Of a stretch of 31,048 bases of DNA, positions 9,215 through 18,050 are shown piece after piece. The notes under the pieces were generated by a model. The model did no database searches and had not been told where the DNA came from. It worked only from the letters and a program-made list of their open reading frames with translations. The stretch's first letter is position 1. Every line of letters begins with the position of its first letter. This DNA comes from Coleofasciculus sp. B1-GNL1-01 (lineage in GTDB: Bacteria; Cyanobacteriota; Cyanobacteriia; Cyanobacteriales; Coleofasciculaceae). The translations under genes and the position numbers were made by a program. The DNA lies in NCBI GenBank assembly GCA_040220235.1, contig JAVJTO010000167.1; one strand, given 5' to 3'.

Positions 9215-10078
9215 CTACGTTAATTCTTGCAACAACCAAAATCCAGCAAAGGTTTCTGAGGTTGGCGTTGACTGCACGGCGAGAAAATGGACAAACTGGG
9301 CGTTTTCTTTGGCAGATTCAAAGCCTTGAGCTTCCGCTAGGGTTTGGGCATCGGTGAGGTTGGCTAAAATCCAGCTATCACTAGCACCCGTTTCCAGTAA
9401 TAACCGAGGAGTGACACCTCCTTGAAATTTAACAAACGCTAGTTCTAAACCCGACATCCATGCAGCTAGGGCTTTGGCGCGATCGGAGAAAATAATCATG
9501 CCCGGAATGCGCGTATCGGGAGCCAGATCCATCATGGAGAGGGGAAAGGCTTCGCCAAAGTCAATGTCCCACTCCTCCATCTCCGCAAAGGCGGCAGCTT
9601 CCAAGCTCACCAATGCCCATTTTTGTCCCTGGATGGCGTCGGGTAAAGGTTGAGGAACCTGAGGTTGGTAGCGCACAAAGGAAGAGGCGGCGGCTGAGGA
9701 CTGATATCCGGGTTGATGGGGATAAACCTCCTCGATCCGGTGGTTTAGCCAGTGATTCAGCGTGTATGTCCGACGACTGGCGATCACGGGAATGCCTAAC
9801 TCTTGGCAGGCTTTAGTAATCATGTTGTTCATCTGACGCCGGAAAAAGCGAATTTTTGTCGGTGTTTGTCCAGCTTTCGCGATCGCCTCTTCTAGGGATT
9901 GCCGCAACCATAAGGAGTTGACCTCCTGGTTGGAACAAAACTGCGCGTACTGAAATAAGTCGTCCGTGGATTGGTGGATGTTTAAAGGACTCTCACAAAT
10001 TAAGACTTCCCAGAGCTTCTTTTGATTGTCGTCCAATATTGGACGTGAATAGAAATCGAGTTCCCAAATAATCGTCAT
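9215..10078 (-). CDS. Tab2/Atab2 family RNA-binding protein (DUF1092)
   Basis: Signature IWELDFYSRPILD...KLWE...VNSLWL...IRFFRRQM...LAAWMSGLE...HFLAVQ...FAGFWLL. Confidence 0.93.
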   Translation of the reverse strand: MTIIWELDFYSRPILDDNQKKLWEVLICESPLNIHQSTDDLFQYAQFCSNQEVNSLWLRQSLEEAIAKAGQTPTKIRFFRRQMNNMITKACQELGIPVIASRRTYTLNHWLNHRIEEVYPHQPGYQSSAAASSFVRYQPQVPQPLPDAIQGQKWALVSLEAAAFAEMEEWDIDFGEAFPLSMMDLAPDTRIPGMIIFSDRAKALAAWMSGLELAFVKFQGGVTPRLLLETGASDSWILANLTDAQTLAEAQGFESAKENAQFVHFLAVQSTPTSETFAGFWLLQELT

Positions 10079-10175
10079 GCCAAGACTGTTGTAATCTAAC
10101 CCCTCTTCTAATAATACGGGTTAGCGATCCGCTCCCTGAACGATTTATACCAAGTTGCGGTCAAACCGAGTGGAT

Positions 10176-10388
10176 AGGGGAGGTGGGGGAGCAGGGGGAG
10201 CAGGGGAAGTTAACTCAAAACTCTACCTTACCTATTGCATATTCCACACCGAGCGTGTTACCGAGCGCGGTTCGGCTGAGCGCTCACCGTCGAAGCCTCA
10301 CGCCGAAGTCCGAGGTGTTGCCTATTGCCTATTGCCTATTGCCTATTGCCTATTGCCTATTGCCTAGCGCGTAGCGCGTAGCGCTATA
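10176..10388 (-). repeat. Composite repeat block (inverted copy of the 7.7-kb module) with nested small palindromic elements and CCTATTG heptamers
   Basis: 10205-10238 is the exact reverse complement of 7703-7736. Insert at 10239-10318 contains CCGAGCG and TTCGGC...GCCGAA. (CCTATTG)n at 10321-10362 is followed by (GCGCGTA)n. Confidence 0.85.
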
Positions 10389-10457
10389 ACGGATCAGATG
10401 TTAAGAAAGCGGTAAGTTAGAGATAAGCGCTCTATCCATACGTGTAAATCACTGATC

Positions 10458-11246
10458 ATGCCTGTGAATCGAATTGTCCTGTTATGCGTGGTTGGAGGCG
10501 GACTGGCTATATTTGTTTTGTCAAATTTGTCAGCCCCCGTCTTGTCTATCGTATTTTTGGGAATGCAAACGGTTGCATTGCCTCTGACGGTATGGATAGG
10601 ACTGGCGATCGCACTCGGCATACTCACCAGTTTAGTCTTACAATTGCTCAGTTTTCGACCCAGGAGGCTTCAGAGGTTTGATCGCGCCGCCCAAGCATCG
10701 CCTCCAAATCGCTGGCGATCAGATGTTGAGTTTGAGCAGGAGGAACCTGAACCCGAGGAAAGTGAACCAGAAATGCCACCTCCCCCACCCCCTCCACCAC
10801 CACCTCCTCCTCCCAAATCTTCCCCCTCTGCTTCCGGTTCTGATTGGGATCAAGCTGTTGCTCCAGAGTGGAACTTTGAAGGAGAATCGGCAACCTCCAT
10901 AGAGGACGAGTTTGACTGGGATGAGTTGGAGAGTCAGCCAGAGGAAGAGGTGTTAGAGGAAACAGAGCGCGATCGCCAAGAGCGCAGTATCGGAAGCGAT
11001 CGCAGTAGTTACGAACCAAGTCAAGAACCCAGCCGCCGTTCTCAACCCGACTCGGTTTATTCCTACAGTTACCGGGAATCTAATACGTCTAAATCAAGGA
11101 CTGGCAAATCTGAGACAGTGTATGATGCTAACTATCGAGTAATTACCCCGCCGTACCGCCAACCCCCACCCAAAGCGGAACCGGAGGATGAGGATGAAGA
11201 TGAAGACTGGGGATTTGAGTTTGATGATCAAGACAGAGGTTCATAG
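10458..11246 (+). CDS. LapA-like membrane protein with poly-Pro and acidic disordered tail
   Basis: Two N-terminal TM helices, a poly-Pro run, and the conserved-looking SVYSYSYRE...VYDANYRVITPP motif. Confidence 0.8.
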   Translation: MPVNRIVLLCVVGGGLAIFVLSNLSAPVLSIVFLGMQTVALPLTVWIGLAIALGILTSLVLQLLSFRPRRLQRFDRAAQASPPNRWRSDVEFEQEEPEPEESEPEMPPPPPPPPPPPPPKSSPSASGSDWDQAVAPEWNFEGESATSIEDEFDWDELESQPEEEVLEETERDRQERSIGSDRSSYEPSQEPSRRSQPDSVYSYSYRESNTSKSRTGKSETVYDANYRVITPPYRQPPPKAEPEDEDEDEDWGFEFDDQDRGS

Positions 11247-11439
11247 CTGAAACTTGATCAATGATCTATTGATTATTACCGAGCCTGTAAATGGTCAACT
11301 TGGTAACAAATTTGGTCAACAAATCAATAAAAAATTAATCATATTGTAAATTTATCGCCAAACTCTTGGTATGCTGGAAAGTATAATCAGTCTCAAACAG
11401 TAGCAAGTTTCCAACACTATAAAACCAGGGAGAGCGCTC

Positions 11440-11811
11440 ATGAGACGCCATACACTTGTTGTTTTAAGCATCACTACTGCGGTCTTTGGCTTAGTCCCTC
11501 TTGCCCAAGCTCAGTCCGACTCACCGTTTAGCGCTAATGACAATTCGGTTACGTTATCCGGTGAATCCCTACGGACTGTACAACGTCGCAGTTTATCTAA
11601 CGATTACCGTTCTTTCTTCAATACCAACTCGTCCATTGCTCCAGATGCAGCAGGAATGAATCCTACGGATTCAAGCTTTGCCATTAGCGATCGCCTACGA
11701 ATTGTAGTGGGAGATACCCTCAACTCTGGTGATCCCCTTGACCTATTTCCGGCTGTGGGAGAAGAGGGAGATGTTCAGCGACTCAAGTTACAAGTACCGC
11801 TCAGGGAATAA
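11440..11811 (+). CDS. Hypothetical secreted protein
   Basis: 123 aa with a Sec signal ending AQA; GGGAG RBS upstream. Confidence 0.7.
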   Translation: MRRHTLVVLSITTAVFGLVPLAQAQSDSPFSANDNSVTLSGESLRTVQRRSLSNDYRSFFNTNSSIAPDAAGMNPTDSSFAISDRLRIVVGDTLNSGDPLDLFPAVGEEGDVQRLKLQVPLRE

Positions 11812-11831
11812 TTAATCATAATTATTATCAA

Positions 11832-11883
11832 ATGACATCCGCAAAGTCGCGCAAAATTATTTGATAACTATTGCCGATGTCAT
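11832..11883. terminator. Inverted repeat downstream of the secreted-protein gene (possible terminator or stability hairpin)
   Basis: ATGACATCCGCAA / TTGCCGATGTCAT, 13-bp arms with one mismatch; no U-tract. Confidence 0.35.
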
Positions 11884-12132
11884 AGCCGTAAAAAATAGAA
11901 GACAATTAAGAAACAACTCCAACACAAACAACTAATCTGGGCTAGTACGGTGAGAAATGTTCCTGGTTTCTCAAGTCTACTAGCCTATTCTCTTGGGCAA
12001 AAAAGAGCAGGAAAATTAAATATTTTCCTAAAGTGTAAAGTTTTAATAACCGCTCTTTGCATTCCTTTTTTGATTCGGCTACCTTGATAGGCAGATATCA
12101 ATACTTAAATCCTGCCGACTTAGGAGGGGAAC

Positions 12133-15100
12133 ATGGAGAGTCTACCAATCGTTCAGCCCAATTTTGGTAACCTTTTTGCCAGCGTATCAAGTCAGAACAA
12201 GTTGGGCAATTCTCCTCCAATGATGTCCTTATGTCTGCCTACTCTGGATACAGCTAAGCTAGCGGGGGTTAGCGTTTCAACTTCAGACTTTGATCTGTTC
12301 CCCCTTGAAGTAACAGGATGGAGTGAGGATAACACGTTGTGGGCAAGCATGTTGGGGACGACATTCCCAGACATTTTTCTTAGCTATCTGCCACCTGAAA
12401 ACGGTTCATCCTTTGACAGCAGCAAGGATTTTTTACTTGGAAGTTCTGATAGTGTCAATGCTGATGCAAGTTTACCCTTCAATTTAGAACAAGTTGATGC
12501 TATCTTATCTCCCGCACTGCAAACAGCTATTACTCAACTCGAAAAATTTACTGAGCATCCAGACTTTTTGAGTCAGATGAATTTAGCATTTCGCGAGGTT
12601 TGGTGCTTAGAGAACGCTAAAAGGTTGATTCGAGAAATAGTTAGCGGTGAGACATCGCTAGGCGTTGAAATTATTCCCCTTGATCAACTGAAGGCAAAAG
12701 GAGCGTTTGCTGAAGATACAATTTATCTAGCCAGGGAATTTATAACCCAAAACTTGACGAATCCTGATCCGATTACAACCGTTCTCTTAGAAGAGGTAGG
12801 ACATTACATCGATTCTCGGCTTAATTCAGTTGACTCTCTGGGTGATGAAGGCGCTATTTTTGCCGCTATTGTTCAAAACAAAGCATTAACAAAGTCAGAG
12901 CTTTTAAGCTTAAAGGCTGAAAATGATAGCGCTTTGCTCCAATTAAATAATCAAGAGATTCAAGTTGAACAATCGTCTCTGGAACCTGGATTATTTACAG
13001 TAGGAGAGACAGGTAAGGTAAACATCGATTTTGTCTTTGATGGAGGGGCTTACACCGGGGAAGTTGCTATATTCAGTTTGGCAGGAATGGAGGAATTAGA
13101 ACAAGGTTCAACAGCATTTATTGAAGAAGCAGCTCGTCGTGCCTTGAGTGATTCAGAGTTAGGATATGTGGCGATTTCGGATTCAACGGAAGGGGCGCGA
13201 TTTAGTGGAGAACTAGGAGAAGTTGAGCGTAATTCAGGTGATTATTTAGGGGCAAAGACATTTGCCATGCGTCCCGGTGAGACTGTTGCGTTTATGTTAG
13301 TTCCCAATGGAACGGTTCAGGACGTATTTAATAATCCCGCTATTGAGGGTGACAAGACTCCTCTATTTTCTCTAGCCAATGCTAATCCTAACAATGCGTC
13401 TCATGTTGGACAAATTGTGGATACGGCTGGGGAGATCAATGGCTTAAGTTGGGAAGATTTACGGGCGGATGGTAATAGTGATAGCGACTATAACGACTTG
13501 ATTATTAAAGTTAACGGAGCAACAGGGCAAGCTTTACCTATTGTAGATGTAATTGATTCTAAAAAAGACTGGCGAGAAACAGGATTAGCCCAAGAGATAA
13601 TCGATTATCTTTCACCCATTCGTTCACTATTGTTTACTCCAGCGAGTCCTCAAGCTGTTGCTAACACATCGGTTACAGATGATCCAGAAATCATTCGCGA
13701 TCGGTTGGTTGAGGTTAACGTTGAACGTTTAGCGGAACCGAATCAATTAATTGGTCAATCGCTCACAGTTAATTTATTTGAAGACACATTTATTGATGTT
13801 GTAATTGAGCGAGTCGAATTATCATCCGATGAATCAAGTTGGATCTGGACGGGGAACGTTCCGGATACCCGCTATAGTGAAGTCATTTTGGTTAGTGGAA
13901 AAGAGAATGGCATAGTAGTCGGCACGATTAGAATAGATGATACGCTCTATGATATTAGTTTTACTGGAAATGGTGTTCATACTGTTAGCGAAATCGATTT
14001 AACAACATTACCTTCCGAGCAAAGGCATAATCATCAAGATGAATTGGGAGATTTGCCAGTAACTCCTGACGTGGGTATAGCTATTGCTGGAGATGGACAT
14101 TCCGTTAATTCTACTGATTCAATTACCTTAGGCGCTGCTTTAGCATTTGCTGAATCCCCTAAACAATCTGACGTTGATGATGGTTCAATTATTGATGTCT
14201 TAGTTGTATACACAGAGGCAGCTCGTGAGGCTGAAGGTGGGACGGATGCTATCCGTCAGCGAATATATCAAGTTGTAACTGAAACAAATTTAGGCTATGA
14301 AAACAGTGGAATTAATCAACGCCTACGGGTACATATAGCCGAGGTAGGTAATTACCAAGAAGTTGGTGCAACTCAAAAAGGTTCTCATACAGAGTTAAAG
14401 CGTTTACAAAATCCATCAGACGGTTATTTAGACGAAGTTCATCAGTTACGGGATTATTATTCTGCTGATATGGTAGCTTTATGGACTGAAGACTTATATG
14501 GGTACGACTCTGAACAACAAGAAATATCAGGAAAAACGGGGGGTTTAGCTTATGTTCTGACTAATCCTGATCAGGGTTATTCTTTTGAAGATTTAGCATT
14601 TAGTGTCGTTACCGTTTATAACGCTAAATTTGGATACTCTTTTGCCCATGAAATGGGACATAATCAAGGAGCGACTCATAATAAAGAAGCTTTTAAAGAC
14701 CTAAACAAAGCCAACAAAGCCTATCCCTATTCCTTTGGATACACAGATCCAGATGCAGCCTTTCGCACCATTATGGCTTACAAAACTAATGGTGAAGCAC
14801 GCAGGAACTTTTGGTCTAATCCTGACTTAACCTATCAAAGGAAACCCCTAGGACTAGCGGGGCAAGCCGATAACCGTCTCACCCTAAATAATACAGCAAT
14901 TTATGCAGCTAATTGGCGGCATTCTAATGATAATTTTGCCCATGCCAAATCTATTACTGGATCTTCCCTTAAAACCACGGCTCTTAATATTAACGCAACA
15001 AAAGAAGCCGATGAAATTAATTATGTTGATCAAACAGGAGATAAATCAGTTTGGTGGTCATGGTTAGCTGAAGAGTCAGGGCAAGTTACTCTAACAACGG

Positions 15101-17397
15101 CTGATAGTGATTTTGACACCCTTTTAGGGGTTTATACAGGCACATCTCTCACGAATTTAAATGTAATTGCGAGTAATAATAATGAACCCAATGGTGGGAT
15201 AACAAGTCAAGTTACCTTTGATGCTGTCGCTGGGACAACCTACAAAATTGCTGTCGATGGTTACAAGGGTGCATCGGGTCACATTACCCTCAATTTACAA
15301 CAAGCCGTTCCCCCGAAGGTTTCTCTGACTGCTATAGATTCTACCGCTACAGAAAATGGGAAAGATGGTCAATTGACGCTAACTCGTACTGGCTTGATGA
15401 CTGATTCTCTCACAGTTCGCTATGCAGTCAGTGGAACAGCGACTAACGGTGATGATTATAACGCTCTAGATGGTACTATTGTGATTCCAGCTAATCAGAC
15501 AACTGTCACGCTTCCAATTACTGCGATTAATGACAATTTAGTTGAATTGGATGAGACAGTAGTCGTAAATTTAATGGATGGGAATGACTACAATTTAGGT
15601 GCAAATTCTAGCGCAACCGTGACGATTGTATCTGATGATGTACCACCGCCACCTATTGTTACAATAGCTGCAACTGATGCGAATGCATCTGAGAATTCTT
15701 TAGATACGGGAACGTTTACCATTACCCGCGATGGTGATACGACTCAACCTTTAACGATTAACGTCCAGGTTATTGGTACAGCTCAATCGAATAGTGATTA
15801 TATGGAATTGAACTCCAGTGTCACGATTCCTACAGGACAACAGAGTACTACATTTAATCTTACTCCCATTGATGATAACGAAGTCGAAGAGGCTGAAACG
15901 GTAACAGTTATACTGACAGAATCAATGGCTTATGAAGTAGGAACCTCTAACCTAGCAACAGTCGCCATCGCGTCTGACGATGTTCTCAGTGCTACTGACT
16001 TCAACATCGAATTTGACTATCGCTTTGATACCAATGGCTTCTTTGACGCACCTGAACGCCGAGCGGTTTTAGAAGCGGCTGCGGATTACTGGAAAAACAT
16101 TATTCAGGATGAGTTTGCGGATATTCCAGCAGGTATACAATTTTCGGTTCGTAATCCTCAAAATGGTGACGAATCGCCGCTAATTACACTCGATCAACCA
16201 ATTGATGATTTACTGATATTTGTCGGAACTCAATCTCCACCGTTTAATCAGCCAGAACCTGATAAAAATTTGCTACTGCGGGGCGGATTTTCTGGTCAGA
16301 ATATAAAAGGTGATCGTTACCGTTCCCGAATTGCTAATAGTACCAGACGAACAGGACTAGCCACAAACTTTGAACCGTGGGTTGGTAGTATCTCTTTTGA
16401 CCCAACTTTCGACTGGAATTTTAGCCTTACCCCTAATACTGATCCGACTCAAGAAGACTTTTTTAGTGCTACATTGCGTGGAATTGGTTTTGTTTTAGGG
16501 ATTGGTACGTCCCCTATTTTCAGCACAATTGGACAAGATGGATTTGATGGAGTCAATGCGTTGGCTGTTAATAATGACAATCCGGTGCCATTAGAAGATG
16601 ATTTAGATCACATATTAGAAGATTACATTAGTCCTCTGGATAATCAAGCCGTGTTATTTGATGAAACAGTTCCAGCGAATGGGGTAAGATTATTACCTTC
16701 ACTGGTCGATTTAGCACTGTTAGCTGATATTGGCTATGAAATTGATGGTTTTGTTCCCCAAGGTTCAACCAATCCCATCGCGACACCAGAGGATGACATC
16801 ACAATATTTGGCACAATTGGAGATGATCTGCTTGATGGATTAGGTGGTGATGATAAGATTCAGGGTGATTTAGGAGATGATAGTGTATTGGGCGGTCTCG
16901 GAAAGGATATTCTTTTGGGAGAAGAGGGAAATGACTATCTCTTTGGTAATGAAGGAGACGATGAGTTACAGGGGGGAACAGAAGATGATTTCCTTTCCGG
17001 TGATGCTGGTAATGATGCTGTCTGGGGTCAAGATGGAAATGATCAACTCTTTGGGGGTGAAGGTAATGATGTCCTTCAAGGCGGAATAGGTGATGATAGT
17101 CTTGATGGTGGCTTTGGTGACGATAAACTCTTCGGTCAAGACGGGATAGATACCTTTATATTTGGTGCTAATAATGGCACGGATCGAATTAATGATTTTG
17201 ACGTAGACAATGAAGTGATTCAAATTGCATCTGGTTTAGGATTTGCCACAGGAGAGGAGGTTTTAGCGACGTTAACGAAACCTTACAATAATGTTTCTCG
17301 CTTTACTCTAAGTCCAGGCAATGTGATTGAAGTGATGCATGAGAGTATGACGGGTACACCGTTAACAGCCGCTAACTTTAAGATTGTTAAAGGATAA
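12133..17397 (+). CDS. Large RTX-type secreted protein: DUF4114-like, reprolysin/M12-like metalloprotease, PPC-like, 2x Calx-beta, degenerate metalloprotease-like domain, haemolysin-type Ca-binding repeats
   Basis: WEDLRADGNSDSDYNDL (DUF4114-like); AHEMGHNQGATH plus Met-turn TIMAY; DFDTLLGVY...YKIAVDG (PPC-like); TATNGDDY...DETVVV and TAQSNSDY...AETVTV (Calx-beta); many GGxGDDxL nonapeptides; AGGAGG RBS. Confidence 0.9.
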   Translation: MESLPIVQPNFGNLFASVSSQNKLGNSPPMMSLCLPTLDTAKLAGVSVSTSDFDLFPLEVTGWSEDNTLWASMLGTTFPDIFLSYLPPENGSSFDSSKDFLLGSSDSVNADASLPFNLEQVDAILSPALQTAITQLEKFTEHPDFLSQMNLAFREVWCLENAKRLIREIVSGETSLGVEIIPLDQLKAKGAFAEDTIYLAREFITQNLTNPDPITTVLLEEVGHYIDSRLNSVDSLGDEGAIFAAIVQNKALTKSELLSLKAENDSALLQLNNQEIQVEQSSLEPGLFTVGETGKVNIDFVFDGGAYTGEVAIFSLAGMEELEQGSTAFIEEAARRALSDSELGYVAISDSTEGARFSGELGEVERNSGDYLGAKTFAMRPGETVAFMLVPNGTVQDVFNNPAIEGDKTPLFSLANANPNNASHVGQIVDTAGEINGLSWEDLRADGNSDSDYNDLIIKVNGATGQALPIVDVIDSKKDWRETGLAQEIIDYLSPIRSLLFTPASPQAVANTSVTDDPEIIRDRLVEVNVERLAEPNQLIGQSLTVNLFEDTFIDVVIERVELSSDESSWIWTGNVPDTRYSEVILVSGKENGIVVGTIRIDDTLYDISFTGNGVHTVSEIDLTTLPSEQRHNHQDELGDLPVTPDVGIAIAGDGHSVNSTDSITLGAALAFAESPKQSDVDDGSIIDVLVVYTEAAREAEGGTDAIRQRIYQVVTETNLGYENSGINQRLRVHIAEVGNYQEVGATQKGSHTELKRLQNPSDGYLDEVHQLRDYYSADMVALWTEDLYGYDSEQQEISGKTGGLAYVLTNPDQGYSFEDLAFSVVTVYNAKFGYSFAHEMGHNQGATHNKEAFKDLNKANKAYPYSFGYTDPDAAFRTIMAYKTNGEARRNFWSNPDLTYQRKPLGLAGQADNRLTLNNTAIYAANWRHSNDNFAHAKSITGSSLKTTALNINATKEADEINYVDQTGDKSVWWSWLAEESGQVTLTTADSDFDTLLGVYTGTSLTNLNVIASNNNEPNGGITSQVTFDAVAGTTYKIAVDGYKGASGHITLNLQQAVPPKVSLTAIDSTATENGKDGQLTLTRTGLMTDSLTVRYAVSGTATNGDDYNALDGTIVIPANQTTVTLPITAINDNLVELDETVVVNLMDGNDYNLGANSSATVTIVSDDVPPPPIVTIAATDANASENSLDTGTFTITRDGDTTQPLTINVQVIGTAQSNSDYMELNSSVTIPTGQQSTTFNLTPIDDNEVEEAETVTVILTESMAYEVGTSNLATVAIASDDVLSATDFNIEFDYRFDTNGFFDAPERRAVLEAAADYWKNIIQDEFADIPAGIQFSVRNPQNGDESPLITLDQPIDDLLIFVGTQSPPFNQPEPDKNLLLRGGFSGQNIKGDRYRSRIANSTRRTGLATNFEPWVGSISFDPTFDWNFSLTPNTDPTQEDFFSATLRGIGFVLGIGTSPIFSTIGQDGFDGVNALAVNNDNPVPLEDDLDHILEDYISPLDNQAVLFDETVPANGVRLLPSLVDLALLADIGYEIDGFVPQGSTNPIATPEDDITIFGTIGDDLLDGLGGDDKIQGDLGDDSVLGGLGKDILLGEEGNDYLFGNEGDDELQGGTEDDFLSGDAGNDAVWGQDGNDQLFGGEGNDVLQGGIGDDSLDGGFGDDKLFGQDGIDTFIFGANNGTDRINDFDVDNEVIQIASGLGFATGEEVLATLTKPYNNVSRFTLSPGNVIEVMHESMTGTPLTAANFKIVKG

Positions 17398-17425
17398 TCC
17401 TTCTATTATTTATCATTTAGGAGAT

Positions 17426-17770
17426 ATGCCAAATATTTTCAACCTTCCCTCTCAATTGCCCAACGAAGAACAATTTGAGGCATTAGTCTCTAGTGATAGC
17501 GTTTTAATTGAGCGAATTATCTCCACAGGGCAAACAACACCAACCGGAGAATGGTATGATCAGCAGCAGGATGAGTGGGTGATCCTGCTTCAGGGGGAAG
17601 CAATTCTTATCTATGATGATGGGTCTAAAAGTGAACTGAAAGCCGGGGATTACGTTTTAATTAATGCCCATCAAAAACACCGAGTTGAATGGACAAGCTC
17701 TCACCCACCCTGTATTTGGCTGGCTGTCCATGGTAATCTCAAATCTAATGGCAGAGACGATAAAATCTGA
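17426..17770 (+). CDS. Cupin domain protein
   Basis: ERIISTGQTTP...WYDQ...EWVILLQG...HQKHRVEWT...CIWLAVH. The ATG at 17426 follows an AGGAG RBS and is preferred to the track start at 17384. Confidence 0.9.
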   Translation: MPNIFNLPSQLPNEEQFEALVSSDSVLIERIISTGQTTPTGEWYDQQQDEWVILLQGEAILIYDDGSKSELKAGDYVLINAHQKHRVEWTSSHPPCIWLAVHGNLKSNGRDDKI

Positions 17771-17850
17771 GTTAATTCAACACTGAAAACGGGTGTGTGA
17801 AGAACTATGATAAATTGACAATTGACTTTCCCATTCCTTGTAAATCAGAG

Positions 17851-18050
17851 TTCCGATTACTGGAGTCGTGGTGACGTACCCAGCGCTGCCGTTACCCGGA
17901 CAGCGTGGGCTTCTGATGCCTTAAATAAAGCGGTCAGAACTTCCTTTGAGGTACTATTAGTAGTAGAAGAAACTACTACCGGATTCCCTCTACGGCGTTT
18001 TATCGTAGGGAACACGTCCAGCCCTACACGTTTTAGGTTGATAGCAGCAT
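17851..18050 (-). ncRNA. Predicted omegaRNA/reRNA overlapping the tnpB 3' end, plus a ~20-nt guide from flanking DNA
   Basis: Follows from established TnpB biology. The scaffold 3' end is set by the right-end TCAC at 17871. The 5' boundary is approximate and not visible from sequence. Confidence 0.55.

Noticed and set aside
10155..10374. ORFs 10155-10367 and 10183-10374
   Set aside because: They are translations of heptamer repeats (LPIAYCL), a typical STRR artefact.
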